Source of the DNA: Octopus bimaculoides | Lineage: Eukaryota | DNA length: 64,000 bases | Assembly (NCBI RefSeq): GCF_001194135.2 | Contig: NC_068989.1 | Span: forward strand, 77,881,955 to 77,945,954 | Direction of reading: 5' to 3' | Shown here: positions 24,520-38,071 of the stretch, piece by piece | Position numbering within the stretch: position 1 is the first letter of the stretch | How the letters are laid out: the number at the start of each line of letters is the position of its first letter | Notes under the pieces: generated by a model | The model's input: only the letters and a program-made list of their open reading frames with translations | The model's database searches: none | Told to the model about the DNA's origin: nothing | Made by a program: the position numbers and the translations under genes

Positions 24520-25090
24520 AATGCTTACGTCATCACATACCCGAGATATGTACTCCATATTCTTGATATATTCAAATGCCCGAGAAATTTCGAAACCATA
24601 TATGATAAACATCAGTTATGTTTTTTTATATCTGTAAAAAGAGTACTGTAAATCTTAGCCTGTCTTAGGATTGAAGCTTGTCCCTTTAAATACCACACGT
24701 GATGAGCTGATTATTATATCCGCCCTAAGGATCAAAGAGCTGCGATATTACTTCATTGTCAAGTTGTTGTTCATAAGCATCCTCATCAGAAACCAAACAA
24801 GTAACGTGGAAAAGACAGCTTTAAGTTGTATTCCATTTTATAGCAATGAATCCTGTTGAACGCAAACTCCTTTGTGTCAACACCTCAGCAACCTTAACTA
24901 CAGCATTAATTCCATATTCAGGTACGTAAAAAGGGTTAAAAATGCATATAAATGCAATCAATCGTCGCTGGATTAGAATAAATCAATACAATTAAAATTG
25001 TATTAAATCAAAAACATTTTCCCTTACAGATTTGAAAGCAATAAAAACCATCTGTTACTCATCACATTACCTCAAGTATGTGCAATTATA
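24520..25090 (+). pseudogene. decayed LRR coding segment
   Basis: One frame with stops: LHILDIFKCP...IKELRY...LSNLNYSINSI...IKNIFPYRFESNKNHL. The 18-mer GCAATAAAAACCATCTGT is identical at 25038-25055 and 20697-20714 in the same (NKNHL) frame. Confidence 0.5.
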
Positions 25091-25551
25091 TGTTTGTGTG
25101 TGTGTGTGCGCGCGTGTGTGTATGTATATCTTATAAGCTTTAATTTGAGCCAGTCTTATCTTTTTATTATCTTTTTTATTTTAGAACAGACTTTTAGCCT
25201 TAACGCTTTGCTAACTGCATGCGGTAAATCTTGAATAGCCAATCGTTGACACCTAATGGAAACAGTTTTCATTTTTCATTAAATTGATTGGATTTTGATG
25301 CCATCCATTACCGTTCATATAAGCTGATAATAGCTGTTAATTAGGAATTAAAGTGATTAACCAATGCGTTCATTAGCAAAATATCATTTTAAAGTTCCGA
25401 TATATGCTGCTCGGATTGAAATCAACTTAGTCTGATGGCAATACTGATCTATATCTAAATTCTATGTCGCCACTCGTCAAAGAAAATTGTTTTTCCTGTC
25501 TTAAGTTAATATTTAAATGTCACCGATTTTAACGTGCACTTACACATACAG

Positions 25552-25582
<31 letters not shown>

Positions 25583-26362
25583 TATATATATATTCACGCA
25601 CACACACATATGTATATGCATATATAGATATATATAGATCTATATAAGCAAAGGAGCTAGTTCGAAATCTCTATTAGAAATGAAAGTACTATCTATACTG
25701 AGAAGTGATGTTTATTGCCTATCGCCACATCAATATGGCCGTTCCATAGGAATCGACGTTACTGCTGGCTTTAACCCTTGAAACAGCATCCATCAAATGG
25801 CTATTGATGCAATCTGCACCCGATATATATTGCCAGTAGGGACGTGAACCCTTACCATCTTCTAGGAGACGGCGGTATTACCAGAATATACGGGTTCGGA
25901 CTAGTGTGTCTATTGTCAGTGATGAACACTCGTCAGTTAGAGATAGCAGCAATTCGCTCCTGCTCAGAATATGTATATATATAAAAAAAAAAGCTAGAGA
26001 ATGTCATTGCTTATCGATCAATTCTAGCGGCCTTGTGACACTGCCGGGTGCTCATTCTCAGAAAGAGGTTGGAAGGGGTTGTTAGAAAATGATTTCGACT
26101 TCACCAGCTTCCTCATACCCCACGATTACGACACAATAGAAGACTATCCACAAGGATCGAAAAAGACATCAACTGATCAACCTGCAACACCAAGGAGGAA
26201 CTGTTGGCTAAGATCAAGGATTTGTTCGAATATTTTTCACAAGGGCTCAAGGAGGAACACACGCACCAAATTCAGGAGCCGAATGAAGCCGAAGTGGGAG
26301 ACGCATGCGGCTATTATATTTTTTTCCCTTTAGATTCTTCTTTAGTTTGAGTTGTATCGCTC

Positions 26363-26660
26363 ATGTTGTTCTTTGTCTTTCCTATTGCCTTGTCTTTCTT
26401 TAACAGTTTTCTTATGATCTCTCATACCTCCAGTTCTGCCATCAACTTTCTTCTCCTAATAGCATTAGTTTGCATCCTAATAGCACAAGCACTGCATCAC
26501 GATACTCATTTCTTCGCTGGTCCACTTCCTCCCCCCTGCTCTATTATCTGCTGATGCTGTTTTAGTATAACAGCTATGGTCAGTCTGCATCTTTACTGAA
26601 CCACTGCCGAGTGAGAGGCCTTCCCTTAATGGTCCAGCTTCATTTTCGCTGTTACAACCA
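26363..26660 (-). mobile_element. 5' part of an R4/Hero-type LINE ORF
   Basis: The minus strand reads RKWTSEEMSIVMQC, the N-terminal R.KW..EE...VM.C motif of this group; it directly follows an (AAT)n tract. Confidence 0.5.
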
Positions 26661-26664
26661 GTTT

Positions 26665-26684
26665 ATAATTATTATTATTATTAC

Positions 26685-26756
<72 letters not shown>

Positions 26757-27620
26757 CATCATCATCATCATTTTTATTATTATTCTTGCTTTACCTCCCA
26801 GAACGCTCAGTCTTGTGTGTTCTGGTAGAATCTGTGAGAACGGACAGCAGCCCGCTGTCAGAGGACTCACATGGCTTGTTCCCACATATTATAAGCTTTG
26901 ATACTTGGTTGCTAATTATTATGGGAGACATTCAACATCCAAGTACCAATCTCAAAATCCTAGCTCTCCTCAGCAGAGCAAATTTTGGGGCCTGCTGCTC
27001 TCATGTCAATTCTGATTTCTTTGACATATTTCTCGAATTGGTTGTTAGTTGTCTGAATGCCCGTAGAGCTACTGGAATGACAGATACTCTGTTCATAGTC
27101 CACGTTCTTGCAATTTCGTTTTGTAGAAGTCTGTACATTTCAAACTTTTCTACTACTTTGTCACTTATTATGCGTGCATCTCCAAGTATTGCAATATCTA
27201 TGATCCTGGTTTCCTTTTTTCCTTTATCAGCCACAAAAATGTCTGGTCTCTGAGCCTCGACTAAGTAGACACATTGGATTTATAATCTCATAGCATTTTG
27301 TGTTCCTTTTTCTCCGTGAATCCTTTTCCTCCATGTTCGTACCATTTCCGTGCTCTGTTCAGGCGGTACTTTTCACATAGCATCCAGTGTACAAACTTAA
27401 CTACGTTATCGTGCCTCTTTTCGTAGTGCCTTTGAGCCAGCTTGCTAGACTCACTCACAATATGTGAGATTGTTTCGTTTCTGCTGCCACACATCTCACA
27501 AAAGAGGCGGTTCGCTACACTTATCTATTCCGAACTTGGTGTAATTAGTTCTCAGAACTTGTTCTTGAGCGCTGCATACCAATGCCTCAGCGCATGATTT
27601 CAGATTACTTTTTCTTAGCC
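26665..27620 (-). mobile_element. R4/Hero-type LINE 3' fragment: CCHC, RLE endonuclease, 3'UTR, (AAT)n tail
   Basis: CGSRNETISHIVS...KLAQRHYEKRHDNVVKFVHWMLCEKY; PDIF...RIIDIAILGD...EKFEMY..LQNEIARTW...VIPV; tail at 26665-26785. Confidence 0.9.
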
Positions 27621-28323
27621 TTCTCCAAGATTTGATATATATATATATATATATATATGCATGCACATATATAAAGAGTTGATATTCGACCGTGTACCAT
27701 ATTTACACGTTATGAATATTTAGATTATTTCCTAGGGAAATTCGAATTCGTTACACGAATGACACTTTTGTGGCTAATTTTTCAGTTGTTATAACCTGGA
27801 TATTTACTGTTTTTATCTTTCGTCATTCCACACACAAACGTACTAATCTTTGATATCTATTAGATCAATAATACCTAAGAGAATCCGCAATAGTTTGCTA
27901 TGTTATTGCTAACATGACGCTAAGTGTTTTCATACAGTGATTTGCTTTCATTGTGAGGATTTCAGATGATTATATACAAACAAGTAAATGGTACTTAAAT
28001 AAGTGTAAGCACTTATGCATATTTATTAAGTATTAAGTAATTGCAGATACTCTGATGCTTCATATATGAGCAACATAAAGCAAAGCAAAAGTAGTTCTAG
28101 CTGTGAACGTTATACTTAGAAATAGAAGCATGCGAATATATGCAAAGACATGGCTGTATACAGTCACAACACACACAGACGCATGCACATAAACACATAC
28201 ACACACACCGATACACGTGTGTGACAGTATTTTACTATCATATATGCATATTGATGCATGTGTCTGCGTTTTTGTGAGCTTTGTAAATATATATATATGT
28301 GTATATATATTATATGTATATGA

Positions 28324-28356
<33 letters not shown>

Positions 28357-28464
28357 CATATATATATATATATATANNNNNNNNNNNNNNNNNNNNNNNN
28401 NNNNNNNNNNNNATATGTTCACACATATATGTATATACTTACATTAATACACACATACATATAT

Positions 28465-28680
28465 CATCATCATCATCATCACCATTGTCATCCTCCTCCT
28501 CCTCATCATCATCATCATTTAACACGTGTTGACCGGAGCTGATAAGTATGGGGTCGTAACAAAATGCATTCATTGTCTGTTTCGCCATACCTTCTACGGC
28601 TGAATGCCATTCTTAACAACATGAACAGGATCAGCAAGTAGGTTTCACGACAGAAACCCCTCAGCTGGATTGCCGGACGA
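28465..28680 (-). mobile_element. short retroposon 3' tail ending in (ATG)n
   Basis: (CAT)n followed by TTTAAC...TTCTACGGCTGAATGCCATTCTTAAC, resembling an RTE-related tail; recalled similarity, not checked. Confidence 0.45.
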
Positions 28681-28796
28681 GTATTGAAGGGGTGGCTTTT
28701 TCTCAGTTGAAGAGAGATAAAAGTTATACAGGGGCCGTGATATGTGTCTGGCTGTAGAATAGAGAAATGGATACCACAGATGGTAAGGGTTAGGGT

Positions 28797-29095
28797 TAGG
28801 GTTCGGCTCACGATCGTAAGGTCGTGGGTTCAATCCTCGGCGATGTGTTGTGTCCTTGAGCAAGACACTTTATTTCTCGTTGCTCCAGTCCACTCAGCTG
28901 GCAAAAATGAGTAGTACCTGCATTTCAAAGGGCCAGCCTTGTCACACTCTGTGTCATACTGAATCTCCCTGAGAACTACTTTAAGGGTACACGTTTCTGT
29001 GGAATGCTCGGCCCCTTGCACATTAATTTAACGAGCAAACTGGTCTGTTGATCGTATCAGCTGGGACCCTCGTCGTCGTAACCGACGGAGTGCTC
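28797..29095 (+). mobile_element. tRNA-derived SINE, family 3
   Basis: CTCACGATCGTAAGGTCGTGGGTTCAATCC, central TGTGTCCTTGAGCAAGACACTT domain; 3' tail shared with 34665-34835. Confidence 0.9.
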
Positions 29096-29108
29096 CTTTT
29101 CCCTATAT

Positions 29109-29179
<71 letters not shown>

Positions 29180-29616
29180 GCGTTTTGGAGTGTGAATGGT
29201 ATGTATGTGTTCATGCGTGTATCTGCGTATATAATGTGTATCTTGTCAGCATATTTTGAATATTACCTTTGGTTGAATATTTTTCTATCGAATGCTATTA
29301 ATGTCCGTGAAATTACTGCATTCTGTGTAACATAAGTAAGTGTAGCCGAAGTGATTCTTTGTTTTAGAATCTCGACTGGAAATAAAAGGAAAGAAAAATA
29401 AACTGAAATGAGATGAAATGAATTTCTATCCTTTCAATTTCCGTTGCCTTGAAAAATACGAGTGATACAGTACATCATAATGTGTAAGCAGTACCATTTT
29501 CCACATCGAATAAAGCCAATTCTCGGTAGAATATATGCGTATATACATAGATACACAGACGTACACACGCACACACACATACATGTATATCCATGTATAA
29601 CTACACATATATATAT

Positions 29617-29653
29617 GTGAGTGTGTGTGTGTATGTGTGTGTCTGTGTCTGTT

Positions 29654-29742
<89 letters not shown>
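29617..29742. repeat. (GT)n microsatellite
   Basis: Direct reading. Confidence 0.95.
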
Positions 29743-29747
<5 letters not shown>

Positions 29748-29921
29748 TGTACATACTTATGTACATATATACATAGGTGCGAGCTTGCATATATACATTA
29801 CCAAAATCACCGATATGGCGTTGCGAGTAAATTATGTAATTTCAGCAAAACATTGATTAATCCGATTAAGTAAACACGGCTGTGCTTCATAAAAGTTGCA
29901 ATATCAAATGGTTTCTGCATC

Positions 29922-29983
<62 letters not shown>

Positions 29984-29989
29984 TAGTAT

Positions 29990-32150
29990 TATTGTTGTTT
30001 TTGTTTTTTGTTGCTGTAGTTGCTATTATTGACTTTTGATCTGCATATTTGTTACAATCACGCACCGAGGCACACCTGGCGTGCTGGGGCGAGTGAAGGA
30101 TAATCGATGTTACAGCATAACTGAAAGCTTGGGGAGGTCCAGCGGCAGGGGCAGTAGCGAAATATTTTCATGCAATACAACACAAACATGTAGACTGAAA
30201 GGGCTTTTTAAAGGATGTGGTCAGTACTTTTAGGCAGAATCTTTTGGATTCCTCTGAGACATGGCTCTCCTGGGATATTGTGTAGCTGTTTCTTATATCC
30301 CTTTCTTATCATACATAGGGTACTCACAATAAAAAGAACAGTTCTGACTTTAACATACCACATTTTTGTATTTCAATTTTCTGTTCCTTATATTTACTTA
30401 ATTTGTCAAATTCCTTTACAAATATATTTTTCTCAGTGGGAACACTTACATCTGTTAGTCTATAATTATTTCCTTCTGTGTTTTTAATGACTATGTCTGA
30501 TCGATCGGCCTGAATCATTCTGTCGGTGTTGACTGGAAAATTATTATAATTATCATTTAAGACGTCGCACAGTATCAAATATCGTAATGTTGTTGATTGA
30601 AGATATTGGGCCTGCTAGGTGTGTGTACTGTCAGTCAAGCCACAACAAGGATCTCACACACAAAGTACTTAACGCAATATGTTTTCAGTTCCAAGTAATG
30701 CCGATTCTTGCGATACACCTAGATTGTAGGGTATTTCTAAAGTTTCCAGATGGTTTTTTTTGGGAGGGGGGGTCACTTTGGGTGATATTGAAGCCAATGC
30801 TCCGATGACAACATGTATAACCTTCGTATTTGACGCTCGTGGCTGCCACATCTTACCGATATCAGCTATTCCACACACATATCGGGTGTTAAAAAAATCC
30901 ACGAATGTGCCAACATACCGTAAGCCTTTTTAAAGTCTAACCAGGTCATGCACAAGTATTTTTCGTGCCGTTTACAGTTCTTCACTAAAACTTTGTCTCT
31001 CACACTGTGGTTCTTAGTGCTCTTGGATCCTTTTTGACACCCTTTTGTTCTACTGAAAGTAGATTGTTTTCTGCAAGGAACATGTATATTTTCCCTGTGA
31101 AGATGTCTGTTAATATCCTACATAACACGTAAATACACGCAAAGTGTCGATAATTGCAAACTTCATTCACCTTTGACTGATTTTTCATCAACAATGTTAC
31201 TTTTTCCTCCACCATCCACTCCGAAACTGCACCACTCCGTACGCAATTGTCTAATTGCAACGAATTCGCTTGTGTGTTGACCTAAACCCCTTGAGCCAGT
31301 AGTCTTGAATTCCGTCCGGTCCTGCAGCTTTCCAGTTTGGCAATTTTGATACCTGTGCAATTACATCTTCTGTCGTTATGAGCACATGGTCCTGTCGTGG
31401 AACCACCGGGTGATGGAGTTCCGATCTCATGGAACGAATCCACTTCTAGTTATTCCAAAATCGGCGGGTTTTCTCTGCTTCGGGAGGTATATTATATTAT
31501 CTTTTGTATCGCCTCCTAAGCTCTGAATAAATTGAAGCGGATCTGACCAAATCTCTTGTTTCCGATAGATCTTTTATTAGACTGTATTTAATAATCTCAT
31601 CTAACTTTTGGGTCGTGCGTTTTACATTGTTACGGTCGAAGCTTCCCAAATTCACCGGTTTGGTCTCTGTTCTTGTAACTATTATATCCTCTTGGGTGGC
31701 GAGCTGGCAGATTCGTAAGAATGTCGGACAAAATGCTTTGCAGTGTTTCGTCCGTCTTTACGTTCTGAGTTCAAATTCTGTCAAGGTCGACTTTACCTTT
31801 CATTCTTTCGGGGTCGATTAAATAAATACCAATTACGCACTGAGGTCAATGTAATCGACTTCATCCCTTTCTCCTTGTTTGTATCTTCTACGTTTAGACC
31901 CCTGTGGGTCATAAAGAAATAAATATTTTGAGCAGAAAAAGGACTACGACTGGATGGAGTCCAGTCTTCCACTCCGTTGAACTCTGAGGGGCCCCTGACG
32001 CGAGCGGGAGATCTGATATCTTGGACATAAACTGGAGTTTTCTCATGCGTGCTTTTATTTGGATATGGAATTGCTGCCATCATTGCAAAGCATGAGAATG
32101 ATTCTTTACAGGGCTTGTTCCCCAGGTGTCTTTATTTGACATTGTTATTA
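29990..32150 (-). mobile_element. internally deleted R4/Dong/Hero-type LINE flanked by (AAT)n on both sides, with a SINE inside
   Basis: N-terminal part (TQKLDEIIKY..DLSETRDLV); RT entry EWMVEEKVTLLMK...NYRHFAC; RLE TDRMIQADRSDIV...DVSVP; VIHVVIGAL...QESALLGTENILR. (ATT)n at 29925-29990 and 32160-32295. Confidence 0.8.
31697..31920 (+). mobile_element. SINE family 1 nested in the LINE
   Basis: GGTGGCGAGCTGGCAGATTCGT...TTACGTTCTGAGTTCAAATT...CTTTCATTCTTTCGGGGTCGAT. Confidence 0.9.
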
Positions 32151-32189
32151 TTATTATGATTGTTGTTGTTGTTGTTGTTTTTGTTGCTG

Positions 32190-32296
<107 letters not shown>

Positions 32297-32879
32297 AGAA
32301 GTTGTAGTAGCAGTAGTAGAGGTGGTGGTGGTAGTAATGATAGGAACAGTAATGATAATGATAAATCTTAATGAATATATATATATATATATACATGCAT
32401 ACACACACACGCATACATGTAATATATATATATATGAGCGCCGGCAAAAGGAGGTTCTCAAGTCTCGATCAGACGGCCAACTTGGAATCTTCAAAACATA
32501 AATAATTCTTTCCATGCCACTTAAAAGTAAAATGTAATGTAACCTCAATTCTGCGTCTTACAATTCCATAAGTTCTGTTTCTTTATAAATGATTTATTAA
32601 ACTCACCAGTTTCCAGCGTTTTCCTGTTTGTTAGAAGTTGTAGACGTAGGTGAATATTTATTACTGAACGCGTCTATACAGTGAAGTGAAAATTATAGTA
32701 TTGCTTTCTTTAGTAATATCGTCTGCCGTTTGCGAGTCAGCTGATTGCTATATATTCATTTATTACCAGTAGACTGAAATTGCATATCCTTGCATAATTA
32801 GGAAATAAATTTTGTGTGTATTTTGAAAGTATATGCAGTTTCCATCCATCTGATGTTTACATAATTAAAAATTTTTTAA

Positions 32880-33330
32880 GACAGAAAATATGAAATCGTC
32901 GCAGTTTCCATGATGAGTGTACATAAAATTAAGTTCAAGGCATCGGAAGGTTGCACTTTACTACGTTTCTTATAAATGTGTTCCATTCGATGAAGTATTT
33001 TTAAACAAGCATCAACTGCAATAAATGTGTGTGTATGTGCGCGTGTATATCTGTGCATGTGTAGCTTGTTTGCCGAGCTACTATACATTTTATAATCTTT
33101 GACCCTTAATTCATATATTATTAGGTATATGACAGAGCATACCCGTAAACAATGACACTGTTGAAGCAACTGGCGAATGAGATTTTGCGCTTGTATGGCT
33201 ATATATAAACAAAAATTCAACGCACGAAACAATGTTCAACGTATCTAAAGCATGATGTTTTCTATGTATTTTTCTGACGACAGTATTTCTCTCATGACCA
33301 AATGTCGTCAAAATGCCGGATACCGTTGTA
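32880..33330 (+). pseudogene. possible decayed LRR segment
   Basis: EVFLNKHQL (compare TNKHL and DKHQL in other copies), SLTLNSYIIRY, NNVQRI*SMMFS; many stops. Confidence 0.3.
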
Positions 33331-34456
33331 AGTAAAATAAAGAAGATCGATCAACTTCATTCTTACACAAATCTAAGTTCGATAAATTTCATTAAAATAT
33401 AACAAATATGTTTATTTACAAATGTAGAAAGTCAGACACATAACAGCAAAAAGTTGTTTTTACTCAAAGTTGTTTTCCCCGAATGAAAGAATCGTTCATA
33501 TTTACAAAGGGCAATGTGAAACTACTGAGCAAAATAAATTAAAAAACTGACACAACATACGGCACTAAATCGTTAAAGTGTTAAATATTCGTGCACATGT
33601 GTTGAAAGGGGTTCTGAATTTGTAGTGGTTGCTCCGATGCAAAAAAACAGCTACATTAAAATGCTGACTGACCCATTCCAGCAGGCCTAATAAATAAAGC
33701 ACCGATAAATAATGATACACAAGACAGTTAGCGGTTTTCACTATGAAAGTCAAAAAGAAGTAGTAGGTAAAATGGTGTCAGTTTACTCATGTTATAAACT
33801 TGTTACTTCAAAAGGAAGAAAAGCCCATGAAATGAAACTTGCATAAATTGCCTTCGATTTGATCCAATGTTAGAATGTTTAAATTTTCTGCAAGCATGGA
33901 AGTCATTTGTTTTTTTGTGATCAACAGCTGTTTGGTCATTTGCCAGATAAATACAATTTGGAGTGAGCCAACTCCTTACGACAGTAATGATGACATTGCC
34001 CCATTTGCTATAAACACACTAGTTAAAACTACTAGGTAATTGCTATCGCTATGTGCTCCAAACTGCTATATCGTTATGTAACATACAGGATGATGTGCGA
34101 AAACATTGGCAGGGTCACATCGCCAAATGATAATTGCCGTATGAACTTCCAGAAAATATTCATACACATAATCAGGAAACATTGTTGTGTCAAAAATAGA
34201 CATCTTCTTGTCTACAGCCAAACGCATGTGAACTAAACAGAATTTACAGGGTAAATAACATCGGTGAAGCTATTCAGCGGCACAAGACAAGCAGTTAAGA
34301 AGCTTACGCGATATGTCAAGAAGATCAACGTAACTAAATTCATGTACGAAAGAATATGGTGCAAGTATAATGAAAATTCACCTCATAAATATTTATACCC
34401 TTTTGGTATAGAAAACTTCAGCTTCTAGCATTTGTAGACTGTACTCCACCAATTGG

Positions 34457-34835
34457 AGGCGCAATGGCCCAGTGGTTAGGGCAGCGGACTCGCGGTCATA
34501 TGATTGCGGTTTCGATTCCCAGACCGGGCGTTGTGAGTGTTTATTGAGCGAAAGCACCTAAAGCTCCACGAGGTTCCGGTAGGGGATGGTGGCGAACCCT
34601 GCTGCACTCTTCCACCACAACTTTCTCTCACTCTTTCTTCCTGTTTCTGTTGTGCCAGTAATTCAAAGGGTCAGCCTTGTCACACTGTGTCAAACTGAAT
34701 ATCCCCGAGAACTACGTTAAGGGTACACGTGTCTGTGGAGTGCTCATCCACTTGCACGTTAATTTCACGAGCAGGCTGTTCCGTTGATCGGATCAACTGG
34801 AACCCTCGACGTCGTAAGCGACGGAGTGCTAACAA
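34457..34835 (+). mobile_element. tRNA-derived SINE (tRNA-Arg-like head), full length
   Basis: GGCGCAATGGCCCAGTGGTTAGGGCAGCGGACTCGCGGTC...GGTTTCGATTCCCAGACCGGGCG head; tail GGGTCAGCCTTGTCACAC...GACGGAGTGC shared with 28930-29095. Confidence 0.92.
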
Positions 34836-35790
34836 CCAGAATAACTTGCAATTAATAAGTCCACAGTTCACTCATTGTTATTTGTGATTGCTCATCATGA
34901 GTAACCCTACTTTGCTCATGACCAATTGTTTCCTGAAATGTTGTTGAGGACACCAATAACATCTATATATATATACTTTCTCTTTGCAAAACCAAACATC
35001 TAATCTCTTGAGGTGCTGATATGACACCACTTAGAATAGCCAAGAATTAATATCATATAAGCTGTAGTTTATTGCAAATCTTAATAGGATTAACTTATCA
35101 TTGTATATATTGTGGTTGTCATATATTGATTTATGGGTCTTCTCTGGAGCGACTGGTCTCCAAATGCTGTAACAATGCGGTTTACCTGTATGTATCAGAT
35201 TTCTGTTACTCTACTAATGTTCCTGTTTATATTAGAATTTACAGGTTTACACACATATACACAAACGCATATACATACATATACATATATATACACACAT
35301 ATACTGCTCCATATATATATATATATATATATANNNNNNNNNNNNNNNNNNNNNNNNNNNNNNNNNNNNNNNNNNNNNNNNNNNNNNNNNNNNNNNNNNN
35401 NNNNNNNNNNNNNNNNNNNNNNNNNNNNNNNNNNNNNNNNNNNNNNNNNNNNNNNNNNNNNNNNNNNNNNNNNNNNNNNNNNNNNNNNNNNNNNNNNNNN
35501 NNNNNNNNNNNNNNNNNNNNNNNNNNNNNNNNNNNNNNNNNNNNNNNNNNNNNNNNNNNNNNNNNNNNNNNNNNNNNNNNNNNNNNNNNNNNNNNNNNNN
35601 NNNNNNNNNNNNNNNNNNNNNNNNNNNNNNNNNNNNNNNNNNNNNNNNNNNNNNNNNNNNNNNNNNNNNNNNNNNNNNNNNNNNNNNNNNNNNNNNNNNN
35701 NNNNNNNNNNNNNNNNNNNNNNNNNNNNNNNNNNNNNNNNNNNNNNNNNNNNNNNNNNNNNNNNNNNNNNNNNNNNNNNNNNNNNNNNNN

Positions 35791-36035
35791 GTATATTACT
35801 GCATACCTCTCCCGCCTTCTCTCCAGGGAGTAGAGTCTTAGCTGTTTCATCCTTTCCCAGTAGCTGGGCAGTTGCAAAGAGACAATCTTCTTTGTGAATC
35901 TCCTCTGGATTGCTTCAAGATCTGCTGTTAATTTCACACTGCTGGGTGACCACAGCTGTGAGCAGTAATCCAGGCGGCTGAGGACGAATGTCCTCCAGAG
36001 GATCATCATGGTTTCCTTATCTCTGGTTCTGAATG
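35791..36035 (-). mobile_element. CR1/L2-superfamily LINE fragment (post-RT)
   Basis: ILRTFRTRDKETMMILWRTFVLSRLDYCSQLWSP...LEAIQRRFTKKI...YWER.KQLRLYSLERRRERY. Confidence 0.92.
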
Positions 36036-36519
36036 TTCTCAGGATATATATATGTATGCATGTATATTTATATATATATATATATATAAATGTACATGTG
36101 CATACATATATATATATACATATGGATATATATTTATAATTACATATATATATATTTATATATGTATATATATATATGTATATATACATACACTCACACG
36201 TGTGTGTGTGTGTGTGTCTGTGTGCGTACGCGCGCGTGTGCATTTATTTAATACTGTTTATTTAATTAATATGTAAGAAACATATCATGTATAGATTTTA
36301 TTTTTGGAAATATTATTGAGCACATATCTGAAGCATAATGTATTAGACATCGGAATAGTGGAAACTTTTGCGCATTTACTTTTCTTTGTTGGAAGACAGA
36401 TTTCTAAAGGAAATGCAATACTTCCCACATTAACTTGATATGCATTTACTATGATATAATCTAGGTGGTAGCTATTTTTGCCTCCAAGACAATATATTCA
36501 TTCATGAAGTTGTTATTCA

Positions 36520-36720
36520 CAGTAAACCAAGCTTCAATACCCCACAAAATGGAAACCAGCACAAAAAATCAGTTTTTGAATCGAATGCTTCGGTCGCCAC
36601 AGTTTCCTGTTCTCAATTCATTAAACTTAAAATAATTTTCCTGCAAAATCAGTTTCTTGTTTATGTTGGGAATTTTTCTATGTTGCAACAAGGAACGAAT
36701 AGATCTATTATTTACTTATG
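36520..36720 (+). pseudogene. decayed LRR coding segment
   Basis: PQFPVLNSLNLK* and LKIIFLQNQFLVYVGNFSMLQQGTNRSII. AAAATCAGTTT recurs at about 78 nt (about 26 codons, LRR-like period). QGTNRS resembles DGTNKH at 59430. Confidence 0.45.
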
Positions 36721-38071
36721 ACCCACCCTGACCATTCCATATATATCTTTTTTCTTTCATCAAAGACATTGACATTTGTAATCGTGTAGGTGTGCGTTGG
36801 GAGGTGATTTGCTACAACGTCTAGCAAATCGATGGATTGTGTACAGCTTCTCTCGTCGGCCCGGCTCTATTTACTCAACATTTTGTCTCACTTCTAATCT
36901 AGTTCGATTTACATACATGTCATACGTAGGCGGTAATCAAAACATATTGAAAGTAAGATGAATTGATTAAGACGATCCCATATAAATATTTTTAACTCCA
37001 ACATTAACTGGAGAAATATATATCGGGCATATTTCCTATATCAATTTTTAATTTAAGCTATAACGTAAGCTCCTTAGTTGTGAGACAAAACTAGTCACTC
37101 GAGTTCACCCCTTCAAATACTTGGTTTCAGATATAAAATGACGATTGATATTGGATTGGTGAACACGAAAACTAATCAATGAATGTTAAATTTCTTTGCG
37201 ATCAATACTGAAATTTTGACTCAAACAATTTTCAAATGCATGATTCCGTTTAAGATTTCATCCTGTATTATATTTTTCTTTCAAAATACATTGCTTAAAA
37301 AATCCACCCTCACCTCTCATTTAATTATTTATGATTGAATATTGATCACACTGACTGAATTGAAAGAGAAAATTGAGTGACTAGGAGATAAGTAAGCATC
37401 ATAAATCATCTCATTCACTAAGGAATCAAGATGAAAATATATGTCACCATCTCAAGCGTCTCATCTATCTTTGTGTTGAATTACAGAAACCTAGAGAAAA
37501 TACATTTGTAGTTAATTTCAGAAATGAAATCAAAATGTAAAAAGGAAATCGTCATCTGTCTTACATGGTAAATGAATATGGATGTCTAAATTGTTTATGA
37601 TGGACATTTTTGATCATAGATATATTTTATTAATTTAGTTTGGCTTTTTACAACCTTAATCAATTTATAATATATACATGTGAGTGTAAGACGAAGCAAT
37701 AGTGAGTATATGCGTGTGTAACTACAGAGCTAGCCTCATAGATATGTATCTATGTATGTATCTATGTATATATGGAACTATTATTTGATTTCTTGTAATC
37801 TAATTTATTTTAGTATTTCTCCTGATGGCCAATGAGAAGTGAGGCTAACTCATTTCCAAACTTTTTCCTTTTCGTTACAAATGCGCACTATTAACCATCT
37901 ATCACTCCTTTCTTTAGCACTTTCCTTCATCACTTCCTTCTGCCATACAATTATTTATATATGATACTCTTAATATTGAATCTATTTCCGCTTTCGGTTA
38001 CACCAGTTTCATCATAAGCCGCCTTCAAGTCTCTTCTCTCTTCTTTCACTAAAATATATATAATTTTCAAC

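Noticed and set aside
25820-25880. tRNA-like fragment on the minus strand
   Set aside because: Only TGGTAA and GGTTCA words; no cloverleaf and no matching SINE body.
28785-28803. Telomeric (TTAGGG)n
   Set aside because: Only about 2.5 units, at the head of a SINE (GGTTAGGG is part of the tRNA-like A-box); slippage is more likely.
34457-34535. Genuine tRNA-Arg gene
   Set aside because: No proper acceptor stem or terminator; it continues directly into a SINE body. The same applies to 17346 and 28797.
36806-36830. Perfect 9-bp hairpin GATTTGCTA-N7-TAGCAAATC as a Helitron end or terminator
   Set aside because: No CTRR end or other element context; expected by chance in 64 kb.
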